A DNA stretch of 64,000 bases from positions 25,647 to 89,646 of the forward strand of contig JARRKO010000009.1 in NCBI GenBank assembly GCA_037388025.1, written 5' to 3'. The notes beneath the pieces are model-generated. The model was not told the origin of the DNA, searched no databases, and saw only the letters and a program-made list of their open reading frames with translations. This document shows, piece by piece, positions 47,404 to 57,205 of the stretch; within the stretch, counting starts at the first letter, position 1, and each line of letters starts with the position of its first letter. Both the position numbers and the translations under genes were made by a program. This DNA comes from Syntrophobacterales bacterium. Its GTDB lineage: Bacteria; Desulfobacterota; Desulfobaccia; Desulfobaccales; 0-14-0-80-60-11.

Positions 47404-48080
47404 ATCTGCACCTTAACGGTCTTGGCGTTGACCACCTTCCCCTGAAACTCCTTTTTGCTTTTCGGGTTTTGCAGGCGGATGGATTTCCCTAAATATCCCT
47501 GTTCCTGGGCCACCCCTTTGGTGGAAATTTCCAGGCCGTCCTGATCCAGGACCACAGTCACCTCATCACCCCGTTTAATAAGAGGTTGGTTGCTCAGATG
47601 CCGGCTGGTGACGATCTCCTGGGGGCCCACACTGCGGGAAAGGATGTGGCCCAGCACCTGCTCGGCAGAGGTGAAAAAATCCTCCACGTTCAATCCCGTC
47701 ACCTCCCGGGGCAAGAGCTGGATATCCTTCGGGCCGATGGTTTCCTGAGCTCGCAGGGGCCGCGTGGCGCAGACCACGGAGCGCTTCAGCCGCACCATCC
47801 CGTTCACCTTGAGGCGCTTGAGGGGCTGGCTTTGATATAAAACCACTATTTCCAGGGTGACCTCACCCAAGAGTTTGTCATTGCGGGGCGGCAAAGGCTT
47901 GAGGGTCACCTGGGGATCCGGGAGGATAACCGGCTCTTTCAGGGGGAAAACCTCGATGTGCAGGTTGTTGGGCGGATAGGGATTGTGCTGTTGGACATAG
48001 CGGCAAAACGCGGCCGCCACCTCATCCCCTTTTAACAACACCCCGGTCTGCCGCACCTGAATGGCCGCGGGCAGGACCAC
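47400..48080 (-). CDS. flgA: Flagellar P-ring assembly protein FlgA (main part, lacks a signal peptide in this frame)
   Basis: SAF/FlgA-like C-terminal pattern (IKRGDEVTVVLDQDGLEISTKGVAQEQGYLGKSIRLQNPKSKKEFQGKVV). The ORF begins at a GTG with no export signal. Confidence 0.7.
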   Translation of the reverse strand: MVLPAAIQVRQTGVLLKGDEVAAAFCRYVQQHNPYPPNNLHIEVFPLKEPVILPDPQVTLKPLPPRNDKLLGEVTLEIVVLYQSQPLKRLKVNGMVRLKRSVVCATRPLRAQETIGPKDIQLLPREVTGLNVEDFFTSAEQVLGHILSRSVGPQEIVTSRHLSNQPLIKRGDEVTVVLDQDGLEISTKGVAQEQGYLGKSIRLQNPKSKKEFQGKVVNAKTVKVQI

Positions 48081-48231
48081 CTTCGAAAAAATCCGCCAGG
48101 TGAGCCAGGGTGATATATTCCCCGGCCACCTGGGCCTCGCTCTTAAAGGTAAGAGCGCCGTGGGCCAGTTCCGCTTTGAGGAGAAGTCCCAGCAGAATCA
48201 GCCAGATAAGACCCATGCGCCGGCTGCGCAT
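48022..48231 (-). CDS. flgA: Probable FlgA N-terminal fragment (signal peptide) in a different frame
   Basis: MRSRRMGLIWLILLGLLLKAELAHG is a signal peptide, followed by ...GEYITLAHLADFFEG. The frame diverges at or after the A6 run at 48086-48091. Confidence 0.45.
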   Translation of the reverse strand: MRSRRMGLIWLILLGLLLKAELAHGALTFKSEAQVAGEYITLAHLADFFEGGPARGHSGAADRGVVKRG

Positions 48232-48243
48232 AGTCAGCCCTCC

Positions 48244-49026
48244 TTACGACTTCAGGTGGTAGGCCCTCTCCATCATGGCATCCGCCGTTTGGATGGCCTT
48301 GGAATTCAGTTCATAGGCCCGCTGGGCGATGATCATGTTGACCATCTCCTCCACCACGTTGACATTGGAGATCTCCAGGTAGCCCTGGGCCAAAGTTCCC
48401 ACCCCGTCGACCCCCGGCTGGCCTTCCAGGGAGTCACCGGAGGCTTCGGTGGTCTGAAAAAGATTGCGCCCCACGCTGTAGAGACCGGCCTGGTTGGGAA
48501 AGGTGTACAGGGGAATCTGTCCGGTGGACAACTGCTCGCCGTCCGGGCCGAAAGCGGTGATATTCCCGTAGTTGTCCACGGTGACGTACACCGTCTCCGG
48601 GGGTACGCTGAACTCCGGTTGCAGCCGGTCGCCGTTGGGAGTGGTGAGGAAGCCGTCTTTGTCCATTTTGAAGGAGCCCGCCCGGGTGTAATACTCGATG
48701 CCGTTGCTCATGATCTTGAAAAAGCCCTTGCCTTCAATGGCCAGGTCCAGTTCATTTTCGGTGTGAACGTAGTCTCCCTGGGCAAAGACCTTGGAAATCC
48801 CCACCGGCCGTACCCCCAGACCGATCTGCTGACCGACGGGGACACTGCCGCCCCCGGGAAGCTCCCCCCCTGCCGGCTTGATCGTCTGATACATCAGGTC
48901 TTCAAAGTCGCCTCGGTTCTTCTTAAAACCGGTGGTGTTGACGTTGGCCAAATTGTTAGCGATGATGTCCAGCCGCAACTGCTGGGCTCCCATTCCGGTG
49001 GCCGCGGAAAACATCCCTCGAAACAT
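48244..49026 (-). CDS. flgG: Flagellar distal rod protein FlgG
   Basis: SAATGMGAQQLRLDIIANNLANVNTTGFKK...YLEISNVNVVEEMVNMIIAQRAYE. Confidence 0.93.
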   Translation of the reverse strand: MFRGMFSAATGMGAQQLRLDIIANNLANVNTTGFKKNRGDFEDLMYQTIKPAGGELPGGGSVPVGQQIGLGVRPVGISKVFAQGDYVHTENELDLAIEGKGFFKIMSNGIEYYTRAGSFKMDKDGFLTTPNGDRLQPEFSVPPETVYVTVDNYGNITAFGPDGEQLSTGQIPLYTFPNQAGLYSVGRNLFQTTEASGDSLEGQPGVDGVGTLAQGYLEISNVNVVEEMVNMIIAQRAYELNSKAIQTADAMMERAYHLKS

Positions 49027-49046
49027 AGTTTATTCCTCGATCCTTC

Positions 49047-49778
49047 TTAGGCTTGCTGCCCGATTTCCTCCACGACTTTTTTGTCTTGAGCCGTGAAGGT
49101 CTCCAACACTTTCATGTAAGCTTCATACCGCCGATGAATGTCCACCAGGTCTATGGACTCTTTCACCAGGGCCACGTTGCTTTCCTCGATGGCTCCCTGG
49201 ACCAGCCGAAAACCCTCAGCCACCTTTTCCTCGCCGGCGGCAGGGTCGGCCGCGAAATAGGTCCGGCCCAGGGGACGGAGCTCCTGGGGGTAAGGAAAAT
49301 CCACTATCAACATTTCCTCGGAGAGGCTCTTGTCCATATGGATGCCCCCCTCGCCGTCAAAAGCAAAAGATTTGTCCCGGGAATCGAGGTTTAAGGGGCC
49401 ATTTTTTCCGAGTACGGCATAGCCTTCTTTGGTCACCAGTTGATAGTCGGGGGAGAGGTAAAAGTTGCCGTTGCGGGTGTAGCGAATGCCCTGGGGAGTC
49501 TCAATCTTGAAATATCCGGGTCCCTGAATAGCTAGATCTGTTTCACTGCCGGTTTCGTGAATACTGCCCTGGGACAAATCCCGGCTGCGCACGTCTACAT
49601 AATTGGCTGCCTCAGGCTGGCCCGCCCCCAGAAGGTGGGGGTTGGTGACCTCCCAATTGTCGAGCAATACCCGCTTGAACCCCACTGTGCTGGCATTGGC
49701 CAAATTGTGGCTGGCCACTTCCAGCTCCCGCAAAGCCCTTACTCCCATGTAGGCTGCCATATCCCAACCAATGTCCAT
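49047..49778 (-). CDS. flgF: Flagellar proximal rod protein FlgF
   Basis: EVASHNLANASTVGFKR...GAIEESNVALVKESIDLVDIHRRYEAYMKV. 243 aa, directly upstream of flgG. Confidence 0.85.
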   Translation of the reverse strand: MDIGWDMAAYMGVRALRELEVASHNLANASTVGFKRVLLDNWEVTNPHLLGAGQPEAANYVDVRSRDLSQGSIHETGSETDLAIQGPGYFKIETPQGIRYTRNGNFYLSPDYQLVTKEGYAVLGKNGPLNLDSRDKSFAFDGEGGIHMDKSLSEEMLIVDFPYPQELRPLGRTYFAADPAAGEEKVAEGFRLVQGAIEESNVALVKESIDLVDIHRRYEAYMKVLETFTAQDKKVVEEIGQQA

Positions 49779-49828
49779 GTCCTATCTCCTGGGCCCCGAA
49801 AAGGTCCGGTGTGCTTGACCCCATGGTC

Positions 49829-49844
49829 TGCAAAGGAAGTGCCA
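49829..49844 (-). promoter_or_regulatory. Sigma-54 (RpoN) -24/-12 promoter of the flg operon
   Basis: The minus strand reads TGGCAC-ttcct-TTGCA, an exact match to TGGCAC-N5-TTGCW. It lies about 50 nt upstream of the flgF ATG. Confidence 0.65.
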
Positions 49845-50012
49845 TTATTTAATATATTGAAATAACTATTAAATTTAAGCAAAGCTGGCGCCCGTACCGG
49901 AAAAAGTTGCCTATGCTCCTGGCCGGCCCGCCCCTGGCAAATCCTCTAACCTAGGTTTTGAAATAGGTTATAATAAATAGATTTATAAAGACTTCTGACT
50001 TCAACGTCCCTT

Positions 50013-53000
50013 ATGGAATACGGCAAATTCTCCAGCTTCAGGTGGCAAGACGTGGCCGAGGCTTTGGGCCGGGGAGACCGGGACATGCATCTTTTCGGTC
50101 TTAACCCGGTGGCCGGGGCCTATGTTTTAAGCCGTCTGGGCCATACTCTCCGCTGTCCCATCCTCCTGATCACCCCTAACGGGGCCTCGGCTGAGGTGTT
50201 TCTCAAAGATCTGACTTTTTTCGACGCTGCTGTCTCCGAACCCCCGGGACCCTGGCCCCTGCTGGGCGGGTTTCCGGCCCACGAAATTCTGACTTTTCGG
50301 CCCCTGGGTCTGGATGCCGAGGTTAGCGCCGCCCGCCTGGCTGGGGCCTATCTGGCCCTAACCGCCCGGGAACCCTTTTTTCTGGTGGCTCCCGCCGTGG
50401 CCCTGCGGGAAAAATTACCCCCCCAAAACCGTCTCCAAGACGCCTGGACCTATCTGGTCATCGGGGAAGAGATCCCTCGGCAGGAATTCCTCCAAAGGCT
50501 GCAACAGGGCGGCTACGAACGCCGGCCCCTGGTGGAGGACCGGGGGGAATTCAGCGTCCGGGGTGGCATCATTGACCTCTTTCCGCCCCTGTACGACCGC
50601 CCGGTGCGTCTAGAGTTTTGGGGAGACGTGCTGGAGTCCTTGCGTTTCTTTGACCCGGCCAGCCAACGCTCCCAAAATTCCCTGGAAGACCTGGTGGTAT
50701 TGCCAGCCAGCGAAGTCATTCTGAACGATGCGGCTCGGGAGCAGGCCTTGCAAGGTAGGAGCAAACGCCGGGACCCCCGGTTTTGGCACCACGTCCAGGA
50801 GGGCATCCACTTCTCCGGCATCGAGCGGCACCTGGCGGAATTCTACCCCGAGACCCAAACCTTATGGGACTACCTGCCCCCGGAAACCCTCATCGTGGAG
50901 TGGGACCCCCTGAACCTGGCCCAGTCCCTGGAAAAACTGGCTGCCGATGCTGCGGGCGAACCCTCCGAGTGGCTGGACAACGTCCCCTGGGAAAAAAGAC
51001 GGGCCCCCTTCGCCACCCTTTCGTGCCACGTCCTTCCCCTGGGCGAAACCGAGGGGCCGGGCCGCTTTGTTATTCAAACGGAGAAAAACGAGGGTCTGGC
51101 CCAGGAACTGGCCGAGGCCGGGGGTGAAGACGGCCGCCTGGTGCCGGCCCTGGCCCAACGCCTGGCGGATTGGCAGGACCACGGTAATCATGTGGTCCTG
51201 GTCTCCTTGAATCAGCACCGGGCCAAGCGCCTGGCCCAACTGTTGGCGGGAGAGGGCCTGAGCTGCGAGGTCAACCCCCTGCCGGACTGGGAAGCCCCCC
51301 GCCTAGTGGAAATCACCGTGGGAGAAGTGTCCGGCGGTTTCCGCCTCCTAGCAAGCGGGCTCATCGTCCTCACCGAAGATGAGGCCCTGGGATACCGGCC
51401 CGAGGGCCGCCGCCGCCGGGAAACCCACCCGCCCCAGTACCTTACTTCCCTGGGGGATCTCCAGGAGGGCGATTTTGTGGTCCATGTGGACCACGGCATC
51501 GGTATTTACCGCGGCCTGGTAAAATTGGAAGCCGGCGCCGGCGTCAACGATTTTTTGGAGCTGGCCTATCAAAATGGCGATCGTCTCTTCCTCCCGGTGG
51601 ACCGCCTCCACTTGGTGCAGAAATATCTGGGGGTGGAAGGGGTGGCCCCCAGGGTGGACAGACTGGGGGGCAAGGCCTGGGAGCGGTCCAAAGCCAAGGT
51701 CAAAAAGGCGGTGGAAAAAATCGCCCGGGAACTGGTGGAGCTTTATGCCGCCCGCCGGGTCCTGCCCGGGCACACCTTCACTCCTCCCGACCCGACATTC
51801 CGGGAATTTGAAGCCACATTCCCCTTCGAGGAAACCCGGGACCAACTCCAGGCCATTCAGGATGTCCTGGAGGACATGCGTACCGACAAGCCCATGGACC
51901 GCCTCATCTGCGGCGATGTGGGCTACGGCAAGACCGAAGTGGCCCTGCGCGCGGCCTTCAAAGCCGCCATGGATGGTTTCCAGGTGGCTTTACTAGTCCC
52001 CACCACCGTTTTGGCCGAGCAGCATTACGACACCTTTGCCCGACGTCTGGCCCCTTATCCCCTGGAAGTCAGGACCTTGAGTCGCTTCAAACCGCCGGCG
52101 GAGCAGAAGCGCATCCTCAGCGACTTGGCCCAAGGGAAAGTGGACATTGTCATCGGCACCCATCGTCTCCTGTCCCGGGACCTGACCTTTCGTAATTTGG
52201 GGCTCCTTATTATTGATGAAGAACAACGGTTCGGGGTGAAGCAGAAGGAAAAACTCAAGGAGTGGCGCCGCACGGTGGACGTCCTCACCCTGACCGCTAC
52301 TCCTATTCCCCGCACCTTGCAGCTCTCCCTGACGGGCCTGCGGGAACTGAGCCTCATCAACACCCCGCCCGAAAACCGTCGGTCCATCCGTACCTACCTA
52401 TGCAAGCCCGAAAAGGCGGTGATTCAGGCGGCCATCCGTCGGGAATTGGCCCGTCAGGGCCAGATCTTTTTTGTCCACAACCGGGTCCGCAATCTGGGCA
52501 CCTGGGTCCGCTACGTCCAGGAAATGGTGCCCGAAGCCAGGGTGGCCATGGCCCACGGCCAGATGCCGGAGCGCCAACTCGAGCAGGTCATGGTGCGGTT
52601 CTGGCGGGGCGAGATAGACGTGCTGGTCTGCACCGCCATCATCGAAGCTGGCCTTGATATCCCGGCCGCCAATACCATTGTGATTAATCGGGCCCACACC
52701 ATGGGGTTGGCTCAGCTTTACCAACTGCGGGGTAGGGTGGGCCGCAGCCAGGCCCAGGCCTATGCCTACCTCCTGGTGCCGGAAGAAGCGGCGCTGCCCT
52801 CGGAGGCCCAAAAGCGCTTAAAGGCCCTCATGGAATTTACCGAGCTGGGAAGCGGCTTCAAGATCGCGCTCCACGACCTGCAAATCAGAGGGGCCGGCAA
52901 CCTCCTGGGCCAGGCCCAGTCAGGTCATCTGGCTGAGGTAGGCTATGAGCTTTACCTGCAACTTCTGGAGGAGGCCATCCGGCATTTCAAAGGCGAGGCC

Positions 53001-53462
53001 CCCGAAGAGTTGGTTCCCGAGCCGGAAATTCGCCTGCCGGTAGCGGCCTATCTCCCCGAAGACTACGTGCCGGACATTCAGCAGCGCCTGGCCCTGTACC
53101 GGCGACTCTCCGGCCGCCTGAGCCCCGCCATGATTGATGAACTGGAGGAGGAGTTGCAGGACCGCTTCGGACCCATCCCGGTGGAAGGACAGGAGCTGCT
53201 CTGGGTGGTGCGCACCAAGGAACGGCTCCGGCAAATGGGGGTCAGCCGCCTGGAGGTTCAAAACGGCTTTGTCGTTTTTCAGTTGGCGGTACCGGAACGC
53301 CTCGACCTGGCCCGTCTTTTGGCCATCCTAAAAAAGCGGCCGGAAAAATGGCGGCTGAGCCCCGACCAGACCCTGCGGCTGAGGCTTCCGGAGGACGGGC
53401 CTTCCTGGAGCGGTCTGGAAAACTGCTTGAAAGAAATGGAAACATTTGTTAAGGGGGAATGA
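50013..53462 (+). CDS. mfd: Transcription-repair coupling factor Mfd
   Basis: 1149 aa. CarD/RNAP-interaction segment (GDFVVHVDHGIGIY) and helicase motifs (GDVGYGKTEVALRAAF, IIDEEQRFG, TATPIPRT). Confidence 0.95.
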   Translation: MEYGKFSSFRWQDVAEALGRGDRDMHLFGLNPVAGAYVLSRLGHTLRCPILLITPNGASAEVFLKDLTFFDAAVSEPPGPWPLLGGFPAHEILTFRPLGLDAEVSAARLAGAYLALTAREPFFLVAPAVALREKLPPQNRLQDAWTYLVIGEEIPRQEFLQRLQQGGYERRPLVEDRGEFSVRGGIIDLFPPLYDRPVRLEFWGDVLESLRFFDPASQRSQNSLEDLVVLPASEVILNDAAREQALQGRSKRRDPRFWHHVQEGIHFSGIERHLAEFYPETQTLWDYLPPETLIVEWDPLNLAQSLEKLAADAAGEPSEWLDNVPWEKRRAPFATLSCHVLPLGETEGPGRFVIQTEKNEGLAQELAEAGGEDGRLVPALAQRLADWQDHGNHVVLVSLNQHRAKRLAQLLAGEGLSCEVNPLPDWEAPRLVEITVGEVSGGFRLLASGLIVLTEDEALGYRPEGRRRRETHPPQYLTSLGDLQEGDFVVHVDHGIGIYRGLVKLEAGAGVNDFLELAYQNGDRLFLPVDRLHLVQKYLGVEGVAPRVDRLGGKAWERSKAKVKKAVEKIARELVELYAARRVLPGHTFTPPDPTFREFEATFPFEETRDQLQAIQDVLEDMRTDKPMDRLICGDVGYGKTEVALRAAFKAAMDGFQVALLVPTTVLAEQHYDTFARRLAPYPLEVRTLSRFKPPAEQKRILSDLAQGKVDIVIGTHRLLSRDLTFRNLGLLIIDEEQRFGVKQKEKLKEWRRTVDVLTLTATPIPRTLQLSLTGLRELSLINTPPENRRSIRTYLCKPEKAVIQAAIRRELARQGQIFFVHNRVRNLGTWVRYVQEMVPEARVAMAHGQMPERQLEQVMVRFWRGEIDVLVCTAIIEAGLDIPAANTIVINRAHTMGLAQLYQLRGRVGRSQAQAYAYLLVPEEAALPSEAQKRLKALMEFTELGSGFKIALHDLQIRGAGNLLGQAQSGHLAEVGYELYLQLLEEAIRHFKGEAPEELVPEPEIRLPVAAYLPEDYVPDIQQRLALYRRLSGRLSPAMIDELEEELQDRFGPIPVEGQELLWVVRTKERLRQMGVSRLEVQNGFVVFQLAVPERLDLARLLAILKKRPEKWRLSPDQTLRLRLPEDGPSWSGLENCLKEMETFVKGE

Positions 53463-53473
53463 GAGGAAAAGTT

Positions 53474-54328
53474 ATGTCCGCAAGAAGTAAGCGCTGGGGG
53501 AAAATAGTATTTCTCCTGGGAGTTTGGTTATGCTTTTTCTGGTCCGCCGCAGCCGCCAAAGTGGTGGAACGTATCGTGGCGGTGGTCAATGACGAGGTCA
53601 TCAGTCAGTCCGAAGTGGACCAAATGGCCAAGGCCATTGAATCCCAGCCCGGTGCGAAACTGCCTCCCGGCAGCGGCAAAAAATTGGAGCGGCGACTCCT
53701 GGACGCTCTCATCATGCAGAAGTTGGCCAAGGCGGAGGCCAAACGTCGGGGTATCACCGTTTCCGACAAGGAAGTGGAGAAGGCCTTGGAACAGTTCAAG
53801 AAACGGAACGGCATCCAGGATGACGAAACCTTAAGCCGGATGTTGGCCAAAAACGGCATGACTCTCAAAAGCTTTAAGCAACAATTGGCCGATCAGATGA
53901 CCCAGGAACGCCTGTTGGCCGTGGTGGCGGGGTCCAAGGTAGTGGTGACCGACAACGAGGTGCGCCAGTTCTATGAACAGGAATATCCCAAGACCAGCGG
54001 CAAGATGCTCCATTTGAGAATGTTGAATATGCCTTTGCCTGCGGGTGCCACCGAGACTCAGAGACTGGGATTTGTGGCCGAGCGGGATCTGGATCCTGAA
54101 CTGGCCCAATTCCTCTCTAAAGTCAAACCCGGGGAAACAGCCCCCGTCGAGACCCTGCAAGGCTTTCGCTTGGTGGAGGTGGTGGCCCGCCGGGAAGGCC
54201 GAGCTCGCTCCTTCGAAGATGTGGCCCCGGAAATCCGCGCCTTCTTGCAGCGCCGGGAGATGGAAAAAACCTTTCAAGACTGGATTAAGAGCCAGAAGGA
54301 CAGAGCTCACATCAAAATCATGATGTAG
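53474..54328 (+). CDS. SurA-like periplasmic chaperone / parvulin-type PPIase-related protein
   Basis: Signal peptide, SurA N-domain (VERIVAVVNDEVISQSEVD) and a short parvulin-like C-terminal segment. Confidence 0.65.
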   Translation: MSARSKRWGKIVFLLGVWLCFFWSAAAAKVVERIVAVVNDEVISQSEVDQMAKAIESQPGAKLPPGSGKKLERRLLDALIMQKLAKAEAKRRGITVSDKEVEKALEQFKKRNGIQDDETLSRMLAKNGMTLKSFKQQLADQMTQERLLAVVAGSKVVVTDNEVRQFYEQEYPKTSGKMLHLRMLNMPLPAGATETQRLGFVAERDLDPELAQFLSKVKPGETAPVETLQGFRLVEVVARREGRARSFEDVAPEIRAFLQRREMEKTFQDWIKSQKDRAHIKIMM

Positions 54329-54355
54329 TCCCCTCCGGCGCCTTCCTGCCTGAAA

Positions 54356-55684
54356 ATGCCGATGCCTCCTGAGTCCCACAGCTCCCCTCCCCCTTGCACC
54401 GTTCATGCCCTCAGTCAATATGTGGGAGAATTGGTGACCCTGAGGGGCTGGGTCACACATTTGCGCTCCAGCGGTAAAGTGCGGTTTGTCGTCCTCCGGG
54501 ATGGCACCGGCCTGGCCCAGGGAGTCCTGGTGCGGGGCCGGCTGCCGGACGCGGATTTTGCCGCGTTCGATAGCCTGACTCTGGAATCCTCCCTGACGGT
54601 AAGCGGCCTGGTAAAGAGCGAGCCCCGGGCTCCGGGGGGCTTTGAGTTGGAAGTGACCGGCCTCACCCCGCTTTTTCCTTCCCAGGACTATCCCATCGCC
54701 CCCAAGGAACACGGCGTGGGCTTCCTCATGGACCATCGCCATTTATGGCTGCGCTCTCCCCGCCAGCAGGCCATTCTTCGCATCCGGGATGAAGTGTCCC
54801 GGGCCTGCCGGGACTTTTTCCAGGAACAGGGCTTCATCTTGGTGGACACCCCCATTCTCACCCCCACCGCCTGCGAAGGCACCACCACCCTGTTCGAGAC
54901 CAACTACCTGGACCGGGGCAAGGCCTTTCTCTCCCAAAGCGGTCAGCTTTATCTCGAGGCCGCGGCCATGGCCCTGGGCAAGGTCTATTGCTTCGGGCCG
55001 ACTTTTCGGGCGGAGAAGTCCAAAACCAGACGCCACCTCACGGAATTCTGGATGGTGGAGGCCGAAGCGGCCTTTGCCACCCTCGAAGACGTCCTGAAAA
55101 CCGCCGAGGCTCTGGTGCGCACCGTGGTCCTCCGAGTGTTGGACCACCGCCGGCCGGAACTGGCCATCCTCGAGCGGGACCTCCAACCTCTGGAGGCAGT
55201 CGTCGCCGGCTCCTTCCCCCGCTTGAGCTATGCCGAAGCCCTGGAACGCCTAAAAGAAAAGGGGATGGAGGTGCCTTGGGGGGAGGATTTCGGGGGTGAT
55301 GAAGAGACCGTGCTGTCCCAGCTCTTTGAGCGGCCGGTCATCCTCCACCGCTATCCTTTAAGTTGCAAGGCCTTCTACATGGAGGCCGACCCCGAAGACC
55401 CTCGCCTCGCCCTGTGCGTGGATATGCTGGCTCCGGAGGGCTATGGCGAGATCATCGGCGGCTCTCAACGGGTAGCGGACCTGGAGGTTCTCTTGAACCG
55501 CATAGAGGAGCACCACCTTCCCCAGGAGTCCCTGGAGTGGTATCTGGACCTCAGGCGCTACGGCAGCGTGCCCCACGCCGGCTTCGGCATGGGCATCGAG
55601 CGGGTAGTGGGTTGGCTCTGCGGCTTAAAACACGTCCGGGAGGCCATCCCCTTCCCGCGGCTCCTGGACCGGCTGTATCCTTGA
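54356..55684 (+). CDS. asnS: Asparagine--tRNA ligase
   Basis: OB-fold N-terminus (LRGWVTHLRSSGKVRFVVLRDGTG). Class II motifs: EGTTTLF, LSQSGQLY, FRAEKSKTRRHLTEFWMVE, GFGMGIERV. Confidence 0.85.
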   Translation: MPMPPESHSSPPPCTVHALSQYVGELVTLRGWVTHLRSSGKVRFVVLRDGTGLAQGVLVRGRLPDADFAAFDSLTLESSLTVSGLVKSEPRAPGGFELEVTGLTPLFPSQDYPIAPKEHGVGFLMDHRHLWLRSPRQQAILRIRDEVSRACRDFFQEQGFILVDTPILTPTACEGTTTLFETNYLDRGKAFLSQSGQLYLEAAAMALGKVYCFGPTFRAEKSKTRRHLTEFWMVEAEAAFATLEDVLKTAEALVRTVVLRVLDHRRPELAILERDLQPLEAVVAGSFPRLSYAEALERLKEKGMEVPWGEDFGGDEETVLSQLFERPVILHRYPLSCKAFYMEADPEDPRLALCVDMLAPEGYGEIIGGSQRVADLEVLLNRIEEHHLPQESLEWYLDLRRYGSVPHAGFGMGIERVVGWLCGLKHVREAIPFPRLLDRLYP

Positions 55685-55898
55685 TGGCCAGGAGGGCAGG
55701 CATTGCGGACCTTGCCCCTCTCCCACGCCCTCTTCCCCAATCCTTTAAGTCGGTAACCAGAAATCGGGCGCCTTGTACTGATTACTGATTACTAAGCACT
55801 GAATAAAGGGGGGGTTGTGGAGGGGAGATTGACGGAATGGCGAAGGGCCTGCGGTCCCCCGGCCCGCCCCTCAAAAATTTTTTCCATCATAGACCCCC

Positions 55899-57074
55899 AT
55901 GAGCGAAAACAACTTCTTCCGCCTACAGGCCCTGATCTTCACCCTGGTGGCCGGGGCCATCAGCAATATTTACCTCACCCAGCCGGTACTGCCGGTCATC
56001 CAGCAGGAATTCGCGGTGAGCGCGGCCACTGCCTCCCTGACGGTCTCAATGGTGATCCTGGGGATTGCCCTGGCAAACCTGCCCTTCGGGTGGCTGGCCG
56101 ACCGGTATCCGATTAAGTGGCTTATCGGGGTGGGGGCCGTGGCGGTGGGGGCAGCGGGCCTGGTGTGCGCCGCCACCCCTTATTTTTCGGTACTGGTGAG
56201 CGTCCGTTTTCTCCAGGGTCTGTTCATCCCGGCCCTCACCACCTGTGTGGCTGCCTATCTTTCCCGAACCCTCCCCCTGGAACGGCTGAACGTGGCCATG
56301 GGCTCCTACGTGTCCGCCACGGTGGCCGGGGGCTTGGGGGGGCGACTCTTGGGGGGCTGGATCCATCCGCCCCTGCATTGGCGCTACGCCTTTGTGACCA
56401 CCGCCATATTCCTGCTGGCCAGCGCCGGGGCTGCAGTCCGCTGGCTGCCCGCCAGTGGACCCCCGGCGCAGGCAGCCGCGGACCCCGAGGGTTTCCTGGC
56501 CATCCTCGGCAGACGGGAACTGCGCCGCAATTTTCTGGTGGCCTTCGGGGCCTTTTTCGTTTTTTCCTCCGGGTTCAATTACCTGCCTTTCTACTTATCC
56601 GGGCCGCCTTTTTCATTGTCGGTGCATGTGATCACCTTTTTGTACCTATCATACATTGTAGGCATCATCATCGGGCCCATTGCCGGCGGCATCAGCAATC
56701 GGGTGGGCAATGGGGCCGCCATGATGGGGGGCGCGCTGGTTTTCGCCCTGGCCTTGCTCATCACCCTGATCAAGTCCCTGGTGGTGATCGCGGTGGCCCT
56801 CTTGCTGGTCTGTGCCGGCTTTTTCACCATTCACTCAGCCGCCGCGGGTTCCCTGAACCGGCGTCTCACCGGCAGCCGGGGTAAAGCCAACTCCCTATAT
56901 GTCTTGTTCTACTACCTGGGCGGGGCCTGCGGCATCACCCTGAGCGGCTGGGCCTTCAGCCTGGCTGGCTGGCATGGGGTGGTGACTTTGGGGCTCCTGG
57001 TGCTCACCGTGCCCCTGGTAGCCGGTTATAAAGATCACCGGGAGGACAATCAGGGGCCGGTTCCAGGGGATTAA
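55899..57074 (+). CDS. MFS transporter
   Basis: 391 aa, about 12 hydrophobic helices, GWLADRYP-type loop between TM2 and TM3. Confidence 0.85.
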   Translation: MSENNFFRLQALIFTLVAGAISNIYLTQPVLPVIQQEFAVSAATASLTVSMVILGIALANLPFGWLADRYPIKWLIGVGAVAVGAAGLVCAATPYFSVLVSVRFLQGLFIPALTTCVAAYLSRTLPLERLNVAMGSYVSATVAGGLGGRLLGGWIHPPLHWRYAFVTTAIFLLASAGAAVRWLPASGPPAQAAADPEGFLAILGRRELRRNFLVAFGAFFVFSSGFNYLPFYLSGPPFSLSVHVITFLYLSYIVGIIIGPIAGGISNRVGNGAAMMGGALVFALALLITLIKSLVVIAVALLLVCAGFFTIHSAAAGSLNRRLTGSRGKANSLYVLFYYLGGACGITLSGWAFSLAGWHGVVTLGLLVLTVPLVAGYKDHREDNQGPVPGD

Positions 57075-57205
57075 GCTCTTTCCCCCCGGCCAGATGAAGC
57101 ATTCAGGTAAGATTTTTGCATAGTATTAATAAGTGCAAGGAAAGGGAACCGATAGCGTGCACCCAACGTTCCCTAACGACACCTCCGCTGAGCTTCTAAT
57201 ATTAA

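Noticed and set aside
48061-49050. 329-aa plus-strand ORF antisense to flgG
   Set aside because: An antisense artefact of GC-rich coding DNA. The flgG frame is canonical.
53831-54742. 303-aa minus-strand ORF spanning the surA-like/asnS junction
   Set aside because: It crosses an intergenic region antisense to two well-supported genes and has His/Gly/Ala-rich low complexity.
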